Source of the DNA: an uncultured Rikenellaceae bacterium
GTDB taxonomy: Bacteria; Bacteroidota; Bacteroidia; Bacteroidales; VadinHA17
Reading direction: 5' to 3'
Length of the DNA: 64,000 nt
Assembly (NCBI GenBank): GCA_964640125.1
Contig: CAZXGG010000001.1
Coordinates: 94,445-158,444, forward strand
A model generated the notes under the pieces. That model did no database searches and was not told the DNA's origin. It was given only the letters and a program-made list of their open reading frames with translations. A program made the translations under genes and the position numbers. Below, one piece after another: positions 1-9,327 of the stretch; position 1 is the first letter of the stretch, and each line of letters begins with the position of its first letter.

Positions 1-538
1 ATGCTTTTTGCTCTTCTTCCTTGATGTTCTTAAAGAAAAGCGATTGCTTCCTCATGTTGTTGATACGCTCTTCAAGTTGTAACAATTCCTGATCATTAAA
101 TTTTTTACCGTGAACAATATAGAATTGCGTACTCGAAGATGCCTGATCCGGATTAACATCATCACCCATCCTTGCAGCAGCTAGAGCACCTTTTTTATGG
201 AAAAGGTCGGGATGAAATTCAGCAGGAATGGTGTAATCAATATCAATACCGTCTGTTCTGTTGTTTTCGGAGATAACGTTAGTGGGATCACCGGCCTGAA
301 TCATAAATTCATCGATGACACGGTGAAAAGTCATGCCGTCATAAAAGTTGTTCTTTATTAAAGATAGAAAATTATCACGGTGGCGTGGCGTTTCGTTGTA
401 AAGCCTGATCTTCATGGTTCCCAGATTTGTTTCGATTGAAACCAACCATACCTTTTCTTTTCTGTTTGAAGTACAGAATGAAAAGGAAATAATCAGAAAA
501 AAGGCAAGGAGAAAATGGTATAACCGGTTTGTTTGCAT
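1..538 (-). CDS. Peptidyl-prolyl cis-trans isomerase, cyclophilin type; C-terminal end cut by window edge
   Basis: Absent from the ORF track because it runs off the window. Hand translation of the minus strand from ATG 538-536 gives MQTNRLYHFLLAFFLIISFSFCTSNRKEKVWLVSIETNLGTMKIRLYNETPRHRDNFLSLIKNNFYDGMTFHRVIDEFMIQAGDP... with no stops down to nt 2. It has a signal or lipoprotein-like N-terminus plus the cyclophilin FHRVI..FMIQ.GDP core. Confidence 0.85.
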   Translation of the reverse strand, partial: MQTNRLYHFLLAFFLIISFSFCTSNRKEKVWLVSIETNLGTMKIRLYNETPRHRDNFLSLIKNNFYDGMTFHRVIDEFMIQAGDPTNVISENNRTDGIDIDYTIPAEFHPDLFHKKGALAAARMGDDVNPDQASSSTQFYIVHGKKFNDQELLQLEERINNMRKQSLFFKNIKEEEQKA

Positions 539-704
539 CACAAAAGACGTAAAGAAGGTTAACAATTGTTCGAATAAACATACAAAAATTATGATTATAT
601 ATATGGATTCATGCAATTTATTCTGGAAAACGTAACTTCCGGAAAAATTTAAAAAAAGGAACCGTTCATGATGATGACATGATTATTGTGTAATTTTGGG
701 AAAC

Positions 705-1568
705 ATGAGTAAAGTAATTGCAATTACAGGATCTTCTGGTTTCATCGGAAAAGAAATAAGCACATATTTTAACAGCCAGGGAGATCGAATTATCCGGATA
801 AGCAGGGAAGTTGTCCGGGATAGGGAGAAGCTACACACGATCGTTAACCAAGCTGATGTTGTCATAAATCTTGCCGGAGCGCCTATAGTGGCGCGGTGGA
901 CGAAAAAAAAGAAGGGAAACATAGTGGATAGCCGGGTTGAAACCACAAGAATGATAGTATCTGCCTTTAATACGGCTGATGAACCCCCAGCAATATTTGT
1001 CTCCGCTTCAGCGGTTGGGTTATATGATACTCATCATGAACATACAGAAGCGAGCCGGAATGTGAAAAACGATTTTTTGGCACAGGTCGTACAACAATGG
1101 GAAAAGGAAGCCGAAAAAATCAGAACTAAAAAGACACGAGTGATTATTTTTCGGCTTGGCATTGTTTTAGGAAGAAACGGGGGGATGATGAAAAAGATGA
1201 TGACAATCATTAATTTTGGACTGGGAGCTATCCTGGGATCAGGAAAACAGAGCTTTCCGTTCGTCCATATTGAAGACGTGATCGAAGCAATAAAACACGT
1301 CATGATGTTTGAAAAAAGTGCAGGGATATATAATTTGGTTGCTCCCTTCCACGCAACAAACCAGGTGTTTACAAAAATGATGGCAAAGAAAATGCAAAGG
1401 CCCGTTTTCTTAAGAATACCAGAACGATTATTACAGGTTGTTTTCCTGGATGGAGCAACGGTTTTGTCCGAAGGACAGAAGGTTATTCCTGAACGATTGC
1501 TTTCGGAAGGATTTATCTTTCAATATGATACCCTGGATAGTTGTCTGGAAAACATTGTAAAACAATAA
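705..1568 (+). CDS. TIGR01777/YfcH-like epimerase family protein (SDR fold with DUF1731-type C-terminus)
   Basis: N-terminal Rossmann motif ITGSSGFIG. Length is about 290 aa. ATG at 705 is preferred over the TTG at 696 used by the ORF track. Confidence 0.7.
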   Translation: MSKVIAITGSSGFIGKEISTYFNSQGDRIIRISREVVRDREKLHTIVNQADVVINLAGAPIVARWTKKKKGNIVDSRVETTRMIVSAFNTADEPPAIFVSASAVGLYDTHHEHTEASRNVKNDFLAQVVQQWEKEAEKIRTKKTRVIIFRLGIVLGRNGGMMKKMMTIINFGLGAILGSGKQSFPFVHIEDVIEAIKHVMMFEKSAGIYNLVAPFHATNQVFTKMMAKKMQRPVFLRIPERLLQVVFLDGATVLSEGQKVIPERLLSEGFIFQYDTLDSCLENIVKQ

Positions 1569-1580
1569 CATACGTGATTC

Positions 1581-2486
1581 ATGCATCGGTTAACGGATAA
1601 ATCGTCAAAATACAGACTTAGTATACTGGAAGGATGGCTATCCTTGTTTGCAAACATCATCCTTTTTGGACTGAAATATTGGGCAGGAGTGGTGACAGGA
1701 TCTGTAGCACTGATTGCCGATGCATGGCATACTGTGAGCGATTCAATATCATCCGTAGTCCTTCTTGTAGGGCTTGCTGTGGCTAAGAAACCGGCTGATA
1801 AAGAACATCCTTTCGGACATGGAAGAGCAGAGTTAATATCTTCTATTATCATCGGTTTTATACTTGCACTCATCGGATTCAATTTTTTTCGGGAATCGGT
1901 CTTGAGATTAATGAAGCACCAGGAGGTGTTTTTTGGAACAATTGCCATTGTTGTCACCGCGATTTCTATCGTGGTTAAAGAAGCCATGGCACGATTTGCA
2001 ATTTGGGCCGGTAAAAAAGAGGGAATAAGATCCACCATTGCAGACGGGTGGCATCACCGGTCTGATGCATTATCATCCGTTATCATATTGATTGGAATAT
2101 TTTTAGGAAAATTTTTCTGGTGGATAGACGGAGTGCTTGGACTCCTGGTGTCGTTATTAATATTTTATACCGCTTATGTAATCATTAAGGACGCAGCCGA
2201 TTCACTGTTGGGAGAAATACCGGATCGTAAACTGTTAAAGAAAATTGAGAACATTGCCAGGGAGGTCTATCCCCATAACCTTGGACTGCACCACTTCCAT
2301 ATACACCGGTATGGTGAACATACTGAAATGACATTCCATATCATTTTGCCTGAAGAAATGGAACTAAAAGAAGCAGGTAAGTTAACGAAAAGACTATTTG
2401 AGAGGATCAATAACGAGCTAAACATCGTTGCTACAATACACATTGATACGAGAAGTAATTATATGAAAGAGAGAGAGGACGATTGA
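1581..2486 (+). CDS. Cation diffusion facilitator (CDF) family metal efflux transporter
   Basis: Six predicted TM helices. HxxxD metal-site motifs occur in TM2 (HTVSD) and TM5 (HHRSD). A cytoplasmic C-terminal domain is present. Confidence 0.85.
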   Translation: MHRLTDKSSKYRLSILEGWLSLFANIILFGLKYWAGVVTGSVALIADAWHTVSDSISSVVLLVGLAVAKKPADKEHPFGHGRAELISSIIIGFILALIGFNFFRESVLRLMKHQEVFFGTIAIVVTAISIVVKEAMARFAIWAGKKEGIRSTIADGWHHRSDALSSVIILIGIFLGKFFWWIDGVLGLLVSLLIFYTAYVIIKDAADSLLGEIPDRKLLKKIENIAREVYPHNLGLHHFHIHRYGEHTEMTFHIILPEEMELKEAGKLTKRLFERINNELNIVATIHIDTRSNYMKEREDD

Positions 2487-2523
2487 GAAAAACAACCTAT
2501 CTTTCCTCCATAATTCATCATTC

Positions 2524-3999
2524 ATGTTTCATCCCATTAAGCAACTTGCAGGACAAACAGCCATTTACGGCCTTGGAACAATGATCCCGAGGTTTTTAAA
2601 CTATGCTCTTCTGACACCATTTTATACGCGTATCTTGGGACTTGGAGAATATGGCGTCCTGACTGAATTGTATGCTTATGTTGTGGTTTTATTGGTGGTG
2701 CTGACCTATGGTATGGAAACGGGATATTTCCGGTTTGCGACAACTGATAAACAGAAGGATAGTGTTTTTAGCACCGCCTTGAGCTCCTTGTTTATTACAT
2801 CATCTTTGTTTATTCTGGTCGTAGTTCTGTTTAATCAATCGATTGCTGATAAGCTGGATTATTCGGCCAACAAGGAATACATAACGATCTTTGCAATTAT
2901 TGTTGGCATGGATGCTTTTTCAACCATTCCTTTTGCAAAGTTAAGAAGGGAAAACAGAGGATTACGATTTGCAATCATCAAATTAGTAAATGTTGCAGTT
3001 ATTATTGTGCTTGTCTTTTTTTTCCTGCTTTTTCTTCCACGAATTATAGGGAGGAATCCAAACTCCTGGTTGAGGCTGATTTACGCTCCTGGTTTTGGTG
3101 TAGGCTATGTCTTTATTGCCAATCTGGCGGGAAGCACGATTACACTGCTCTTGTTACTTCCTGAGATCATTGGTATAAAACCCGTATTTAAAAGCGAATT
3201 GCTGAAACGGATGTTGCGATACTCCTTTCCACTGCTGATTGCAGGATTAGCAGGCACACTGAATGAAGCACTGGATAAAATCGTATTGAAACACCTGCTG
3301 CCTGATGATATCGACGCCATGGCTCAACTGGGTATTTATGGTGCAAGTTTTAAAATAGCCGTTTTTCTAAGTCTGTTCATCCAGATGTTTCGGTATGCTG
3401 CGGAACCGTTCTTCTTTGACAGGGCCAGGGATAAGAATGCAAAAGAACTTTATGCAAGCGTGATGAAATATTTCGTAATTGTCGGCTTTATGATCTTTTT
3501 AGGAATTTCATTATTCATAGAAATCGTAAAATATTTTATCGGATCAAAATTCTGGGAGGGCCTTGATGTGGTACCGGTAATTCTTATGGGATACCTGTTT
3601 TATGGGATATTTGTGAATTTATCAGTTTGGTATAAGATAAATGACCTGACAAAATTTGGTGCAGTGCTAACCATCATCGGAGCGATTGTAACCGTTACTG
3701 TTAATGTACTATTTGTCCCGGTATATGGCTATCATGCATGTGCCTGGGGTCACTTTTTGTGTTATCTGGTTATGGTTATTTGCTCCTATTTCATGGGAAG
3801 ACACTATTATCGAATTGATTATCCGATTAAAACCATTGTATTGTACGGAATCATAGCCATTGCACTGTTCATTGTCGATAAGCTTGTACAGATTGAAAAG
3901 AGACCTTTGGAACTTGGATTCAATCTTTTGTTATTTACTATTTTTGCGGGATTTATATGGGTAAAGGAGAATGTACGAGCGCTAATTTTTAAAACATGA
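2524..3999 (+). CDS. Polysaccharide biosynthesis / oligosaccharide flippase family protein (MOP superfamily, Wzx-like)
   Basis: 491-aa polytopic membrane protein with about 14 hydrophobic segments. The N-terminus (GQTAIYGLGTMIPRFLNYALLTPFYTR) is typical of this family. Confidence 0.65.
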   Translation: MFHPIKQLAGQTAIYGLGTMIPRFLNYALLTPFYTRILGLGEYGVLTELYAYVVVLLVVLTYGMETGYFRFATTDKQKDSVFSTALSSLFITSSLFILVVVLFNQSIADKLDYSANKEYITIFAIIVGMDAFSTIPFAKLRRENRGLRFAIIKLVNVAVIIVLVFFFLLFLPRIIGRNPNSWLRLIYAPGFGVGYVFIANLAGSTITLLLLLPEIIGIKPVFKSELLKRMLRYSFPLLIAGLAGTLNEALDKIVLKHLLPDDIDAMAQLGIYGASFKIAVFLSLFIQMFRYAAEPFFFDRARDKNAKELYASVMKYFVIVGFMIFLGISLFIEIVKYFIGSKFWEGLDVVPVILMGYLFYGIFVNLSVWYKINDLTKFGAVLTIIGAIVTVTVNVLFVPVYGYHACAWGHFLCYLVMVICSYFMGRHYYRIDYPIKTIVLYGIIAIALFIVDKLVQIEKRPLELGFNLLLFTIFAGFIWVKENVRALIFKT

Positions 4000-4064
4000 C
4001 ATGAAAACGGATACACGTTATTAACGGTGAGGGGGATGAACAAAAAAATGAAATTATTGAGCAG

Positions 4065-4499
4065 ATGAAAATCCGGATTGTGAATAAATCGAAGCACCCG
4101 CTACCCGGGTATAGCACAAAATTTTCAGCAGGAATGGATCTTCGTGCGAGCCTGGAACATCCCGTTGTTCTTAAGCCGATGGAACGGTCTTTGATACCAA
4201 CCGGGATATTCATTGAATTACCAAAAAATTTTGAAGCGCAAATTCGTCCAAGAAGCGGACTGGCACTGAAAAAAGGCATTACTGTTTTGAATACACCGGG
4301 TACTATTGATTCAGATTACAGAGGAGAAATTTGCGTGATATTGATTAACCTTTCCATGGAAGATTTTATTGTGGATGACGGAGAAAGGATATGCCAGATG
4401 ATTATCACAACACACGAAACGATTGAGTGGGAACCAGTAGATGCTCTGGAAGTGACAGATCGTGGAGCCGGGGGATTTGGACATACCGGCAGTGAATAA
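4065..4499 (+). CDS. dut: dUTP diphosphatase
   Basis: dUTPase motifs are present: [29 protein letters not shown] and the C-terminal [10 protein letters not shown]. Confidence 0.95.
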   Translation: MKIRIVNKSKHPLPGYSTKFSAGMDLRASLEHPVVLKPMERSLIPTGIFIELPKNFEAQIRPRSGLALKKGITVLNTPGTIDSDYRGEICVILINLSMEDFIVDDGERICQMIITTHETIEWEPVDALEVTDRGAGGFGHTGSE

Positions 4500-4557
4500 C
4501 AAGCGATGAATAAAATGTAAGATTGAAAGAAAGATAGATTCATAAAAGAGAAAAGCG

Positions 4558-6291
4558 ATGAAGCATTGGTACGTTTGGTTTGTAATGCTGTTTTCTTACA
4601 TCCTTTTAGGCGGTTGTGCGAATAAGACCATACTGGCTAAAACAGAAACGGCAGATAGAGAGCTTACCCGAAAAGAGGAGATTAACTACCAATATGCTTT
4701 TACAGAAGGCATAAAAAAGAAAATAACAGGAAATCTTAGGGAGGCAATTCCATATTTTACTGAGTGCATAAGAATTAATCCACAGAGTGATGCAGCTCAC
4801 TACGAATTGAGTTCAATACTGACCATGGGCGGAAATTATGAGGAATCCATTAAATACCTGAAAAAAGCGAATGAAATTGATCCGCAAAATGTCTGGTACC
4901 AGTTGCAAATGGCAAGCTTATATCATGCCATGGGCATGAGGGATAGTACCATAATGATGTATGAAGAAATCCATGAAAATTACCCGGCTAGAACAGACTT
5001 ATATTTTAATCTGGCATCACTTCATGGAGAATATGGTGATGAGAAAAGAGCAATTAAGATCTTTGATGAACTGGAAGATCAATATGGGTCAAACGAAACA
5101 ATATTGTTGGCAAAGCAACAGATCTATGCAAAATCCGGAGAATTGGATAACGCCATTAATGAAGTATTAAAACTCATTAATGCCTATCCAAACGAAGTGC
5201 GGTTTTATGGGATTTTAGCCGAGTTATATTGGGCGGGAAAGCAGGATGAAAAGGCATTGGAAACATACCAGAAGCTGTTCCAAATCGATCCGGATAATGG
5301 ACTGGGACAATTATCAATTATTGAATATTATAAAAGTAAAGGCGAACAGGAAGAGATGTTCGCTATGATAGGTAAATTAATTGATAATGAAGATGTTGGT
5401 GTGAATATAAAAATTCAGATAATCATTCAATTCTTCACAAATGAGGAAAATTTTAAGAAGAATGAAGCAGGCATTAGACAAGCAATTGAAGCACTTGCTA
5501 ACCGATATCCAGAAGACACAAGAATAAAAACACTAAAGGCAGATTACCATGTAAAACTGGGTGAGTTTGAGCAAGCAGCTGTGGAGTTAAGGTTTGTTAC
5601 ACAACGGGAAAAAACAAACTATATCATTTGGGAGCAACTGCTTTATGTTGAGAATTCAATAGGAGAGTTTGAACGATTGTTTGATGAAACTGGAGAAGCA
5701 ATTGAACTTTTTCCAGGAGCCCCAACTGTATACTTAATGAGGGGCATTGCTGCAATGGAGCTTGGAAAAAACAAGCAAGCAATAAAAGCTTTCCAGGAAG
5801 GATTAGAATTGGCTGAAGAGAATCAAGAACTGAAGGTGCAATTCTATTCAATGTTGGGGGAAGCCTATAAAAACAATGGCAACAATGAGATGTCCGATGA
5901 ATCATTTCAAAAAGCACTGGATCTGGATAATGAAAACATGTTTGTATTAAACAATTATAGCTATTATCTGTCTTTGAGAGAAGAAAGACTGGATGATGCT
6001 CTGGTAATGAGCAAAAAATGCATTGAAAAAGAGCCAAATAATTCGACATACCTTGATACCTACGCATGGATATTGTTTAAATTGAAACGGTTCGATAAAG
6101 CAAAAGAATACATTGAAAGAGCAATCGAGAACAATGGAAGAAATAACAGCGAGATCGTGGAACACTACGGTGATATATTGCTTGTTTTCGGTGAGAAAGA
6201 GAAAGCGCTGATGCAATGGAAGAAAGCAGCTGAACTGGGAGGAGAGTCAGAAGAACTGAAAACAAAAATAGAAAAGGCGGAAAAAGAATAA
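4558..6291 (+). CDS. Tetratricopeptide-repeat lipoprotein
   Basis: Lipobox LLGGC follows the signal sequence. TPR-like helical repeats run throughout, with periodic A..Y/W..LG motifs. Confidence 0.75.
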   Translation: MKHWYVWFVMLFSYILLGGCANKTILAKTETADRELTRKEEINYQYAFTEGIKKKITGNLREAIPYFTECIRINPQSDAAHYELSSILTMGGNYEESIKYLKKANEIDPQNVWYQLQMASLYHAMGMRDSTIMMYEEIHENYPARTDLYFNLASLHGEYGDEKRAIKIFDELEDQYGSNETILLAKQQIYAKSGELDNAINEVLKLINAYPNEVRFYGILAELYWAGKQDEKALETYQKLFQIDPDNGLGQLSIIEYYKSKGEQEEMFAMIGKLIDNEDVGVNIKIQIIIQFFTNEENFKKNEAGIRQAIEALANRYPEDTRIKTLKADYHVKLGEFEQAAVELRFVTQREKTNYIIWEQLLYVENSIGEFERLFDETGEAIELFPGAPTVYLMRGIAAMELGKNKQAIKAFQEGLELAEENQELKVQFYSMLGEAYKNNGNNEMSDESFQKALDLDNENMFVLNNYSYYLSLREERLDDALVMSKKCIEKEPNNSTYLDTYAWILFKLKRFDKAKEYIERAIENNGRNNSEIVEHYGDILLVFGEKEKALMQWKKAAELGGESEELKTKIEKAEKE

Positions 6292-6302
6292 ACAGGGAAT
6301 CA

Positions 6303-7136
6303 ATGAGAATTGGGAAAGATAAAATCGTTTGGATAATCATGGCATTGTTGGTGTGGTTTGGATTGTATTCCTGCAAAACAATGGAAATGACCACACGGAT
6401 TGACCCCAAGGATATTAGCGTGAAAGATATTTCCAGTGCCGCTGTAAAAAGGAGTGATTGCATACCGGGTATATGGGTAAAGAAAATTAGGGGAACAATA
6501 CATAATGAAAATATTGAATTATCATTTAAAGCAAATTATCGCATTAAAAGAGATTCGGTGATTATCATTTCAATACTGAATCCAGTGGGCATAGAAGCGA
6601 TTAGAATTTTATGCATACCGGATTCAATTGGATTTATTGACAGAATAAACAGGGAATATTATTATGGAACATATGAAGTGTTGAAAAAGAAAATTGGATA
6701 TCAAATGAACTTCGGTTTAGTCCAGTCGCTGTTACTAAATGAAATTGCAACAGTGTACAAAGAGACGAAAGACAATTTTTTCAAAAAATATCGAAAACTA
6801 AATGTGAACAATAACCATGGCAGTGTCTCATTGGATGAATTAAATAGAGATGGATATGGAATAGCGAAGATTAGATATGATCTTGACTTTGATCCGATTA
6901 ATTATTATCTGGTGAGGAATAGAATAACTGACGATAAAGAGAAGAATGAAATTGATATCGTGTATAAGAATTTTATGGAAGTGGAGCAAACATGGTTTCC
7001 GGGTCTTATAAACGCAAGCATTAAAAATGGAAGAAATCAGATAACATGCAGTTTAGACCTGGAGAGGATTACAATAGGTACTGATTTTAATACGAACTTC
7101 AGCATTGGTCAAAAATATAAGAAAATTGACTGGTAA
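6303..7136 (+). CDS. DUF4292-like lipoprotein (LolA/LolB-fold clan assignment is tentative)
   Basis: Signal peptide with lipobox GLYSC. Its position between the TPR protein and the M23 peptidase matches the conserved Bacteroidota dut neighbourhood. The family assignment rests on synteny and memory, not on a search. Confidence 0.5.
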   Translation: MRIGKDKIVWIIMALLVWFGLYSCKTMEMTTRIDPKDISVKDISSAAVKRSDCIPGIWVKKIRGTIHNENIELSFKANYRIKRDSVIIISILNPVGIEAIRILCIPDSIGFIDRINREYYYGTYEVLKKKIGYQMNFGLVQSLLLNEIATVYKETKDNFFKKYRKLNVNNNHGSVSLDELNRDGYGIAKIRYDLDFDPINYYLVRNRITDDKEKNEIDIVYKNFMEVEQTWFPGLINASIKNGRNQITCSLDLERITIGTDFNTNFSIGQKYKKIDW

Positions 7137-7140
7137 AACC

Positions 7141-8340
7141 ATGAAAATAGCAACGGTAAGGTGGAAAATAACCTTGCTTTGTGTGTTATGCCTTTTTACT
7201 GCAACAGGCCATGGACAGAGTAAAAATGAACTGGTAAAAAGGAGGGAGGATGCATTACACGAGATAAGCTTAACTAATGAATTACTGAAAAGAACGGAAC
7301 GCGACAGAAAAACCTCATTGAATGAATTGATACTGCTAAACCGAAAACTGAGCCTTAGAAACAATGTTATTCAAAGCATAAATTTAGAACTTCAATTTGT
7401 GGAGAGACAAATTGAAGAGAACAAAGAATTGATTGGATTGCTGGAAGAAGATTTGCAAAAATTGAAGAAGGAATATGCTGATATGATCTATTCAGCTTAT
7501 AAGAAAAGGGAAAACTACAATAAAATAATATTTGTTTTTGCAGCAAAAGATATAAACCAGGCATACAAACGGATAAAATACCTGCAGCAATATGCGAAAT
7601 ATAGAAGAGAACAGGCTATTGTTATTGAAAGAATGGGTGATCTGATTGCACATAAAGTAACTAAACTGGAGGAATACCGGGAGGAAAAAAGGAGTCTGTT
7701 AGCGCAAAATGAAGGTGAGAAGAGTTACCTGGCTGAGGAGAGACAGGAGAAAAATACGGCGGTGGTGCAGTTACAAAAAGAAGAAAAGAAGCTGAAACAA
7801 CAATTGAGAGAAAAGGAAAGAATAGCAAAAGAATTGGAAAAGGCGATCCAGGATATTATTGCTGAGGAAGCAAGGAAGGTGCGTAATTTTAACCGGCTGA
7901 CACCTGAAGAAAAACTGCTGGCGGATAATTTTGTAAGCAACAAAGGTAGACTTCCGTGGCCCACGGAAAGGGGGGTTATAACAGGAACATTTGGTATACA
8001 GGAACATCCGGTGTTAAAAGGTGTAAAAATTGAAAATTTCGGCATTGACATATCTGCACCGGAAAATGCAATGGCAAGAGCAGTTTTTGACGGCGAAGTG
8101 AAAAAAATTATTGGAATTCCAGGAGCAAACCAGGCAGTTATAATTCAGCATGGTAACTTTTTTTCAGTATATCAAAACCTGGTCGAAGTGCGTGTAAATA
8201 TGGGAGATATGGTCAAAGCAAAACAATCCATAGGAAGAATATTTACAGATCATAACGACGAGAACAAAACAGTACTTAACTTTATGATTTGGGAGGAGAA
8301 GAATAAATTGGATCCCATGCCATGGCTAAGCGGACATTAA
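7141..8340 (+). CDS. Peptidoglycan DD-metalloendopeptidase family protein (M23 domain with long N-terminal coiled coil, EnvC-like)
   Basis: Signal peptide MKIATVRWKITLLCVLCLF. A coiled coil of about 250 aa is rich in E/K/L. The C-terminal M23/LytM domain contains GIDISAP...QHGNFFSVYQNL. ATG 7141 is preferred over the longer ORF starting at 7105, which overlaps the upstream gene. Confidence 0.85.
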   Translation: MKIATVRWKITLLCVLCLFTATGHGQSKNELVKRREDALHEISLTNELLKRTERDRKTSLNELILLNRKLSLRNNVIQSINLELQFVERQIEENKELIGLLEEDLQKLKKEYADMIYSAYKKRENYNKIIFVFAAKDINQAYKRIKYLQQYAKYRREQAIVIERMGDLIAHKVTKLEEYREEKRSLLAQNEGEKSYLAEERQEKNTAVVQLQKEEKKLKQQLREKERIAKELEKAIQDIIAEEARKVRNFNRLTPEEKLLADNFVSNKGRLPWPTERGVITGTFGIQEHPVLKGVKIENFGIDISAPENAMARAVFDGEVKKIIGIPGANQAVIIQHGNFFSVYQNLVEVRVNMGDMVKAKQSIGRIFTDHNDENKTVLNFMIWEEKNKLDPMPWLSGH

Positions 8341-8426
8341 AATATGGGAATAAAATGAAACCCTTGGGAATTATTCAAGTATAAGTAGATTACCACATCA
8401 AACCAGATAAATGAAGTTGGGACATC

Positions 8427-8822
8427 ATGGAAAAGAACATTACTATTGAATCCGAACAGAAAAATATTAGAATCATTGAAAATTTAATAGAGGAAATTTG
8501 TTCGCAGATAGAAATGAACGCTGAGATGTATGGCAAAGTGCTGGTTGCCGCAATAGAAGCTGTTAATAATGCCATTATTCACGGTAACAAATCAAACCCT
8601 GAAAAAAAGGTGGATGTCCGGTTAGCAGTAAAAAACAAGGAGATGCAAATTTGCATTGCAGATGAAGGTGAAGGTTTTGACTATGAGAATGTTCCTGATC
8701 CTACAGCACCAGAAAATATTGATAATATTCATGGCAGGGGAGTTTTTCTGATGATACAACTATCGGATGAGGTTCATTTTTTTGAAAACGGATCAAAAGT
8801 TGAATTGATATTTTATATTTGA
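8427..8822 (+). CDS. Small HATPase_c-type ATP-binding protein (anti-sigma regulatory factor / RsbW-SpoIIAB-like Ser kinase)
   Basis: N-box EAVNNAIIHGN, G1 box DEGEGFD and G2 box HGRGVFLM. At 131 aa it has no sensor or DHp domain. Confidence 0.75.
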   Translation: MEKNITIESEQKNIRIIENLIEEICSQIEMNAEMYGKVLVAAIEAVNNAIIHGNKSNPEKKVDVRLAVKNKEMQICIADEGEGFDYENVPDPTAPENIDNIHGRGVFLMIQLSDEVHFFENGSKVELIFYI

Positions 8823-8826
8823 AGCG

Positions 8827-9246
8827 TTGAGCATCTATTTTCATAATGAAGGGTGTCGTTTTAAGTATAGGGAAATAGCAAAAAGTAAAAAATGGCTAAG
8901 GAAGATACTGCGTGAAGAACAGAAAAAGGAAGGCGACATAAACATTATATTTACTGATAATAATACAATACTACAGCTAAACAAAAACTATCTTTCCCGT
9001 AACTATTTTACCGACATCATTGCGTTTCCTTACACGGAAGGAAAAACGGTTGCTGGTGATATATACATTAGCATCGATACGGTAAAAGAAAATGCAAAAC
9101 ACTATAAATGCACCTTTTGGGATGAAATACACCGGGTTATGATTCATGGTTTACTACACCTTATTGGATACGGTGATAAAACGGCGAAGGAGAAGAAAGA
9201 GATGAGGAAAAAGGAGTCATTTTATTTATCGGAATTCACGAGTTAA
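8827..9246 (+). CDS. ybeY: rRNA maturation RNase YbeY
   Basis: Zinc motif HGLLHLIGYGD (H..LH..GYDH type). 139 aa. Apparent TTG start. Confidence 0.9.
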   Translation: MSIYFHNEGCRFKYREIAKSKKWLRKILREEQKKEGDINIIFTDNNTILQLNKNYLSRNYFTDIIAFPYTEGKTVAGDIYISIDTVKENAKHYKCTFWDEIHRVMIHGLLHLIGYGDKTAKEKKEMRKKESFYLSEFTS

Positions 9247-9327
9247 TAAGCAGAATATCAACAGAATACATTGTTTTATATCATCTGGATGATAATGGTT
9301 ATATTTGCATCCCGGCACATAAGATAA

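Noticed and set aside
375-635. Two ORF-track ORFs (375-581 minus, 414-635 plus) at the left end.
   Set aside because: A different minus-strand frame gives a clean cyclophilin with a signal peptide starting at 538. Both short ORFs lack motifs and overlap it.
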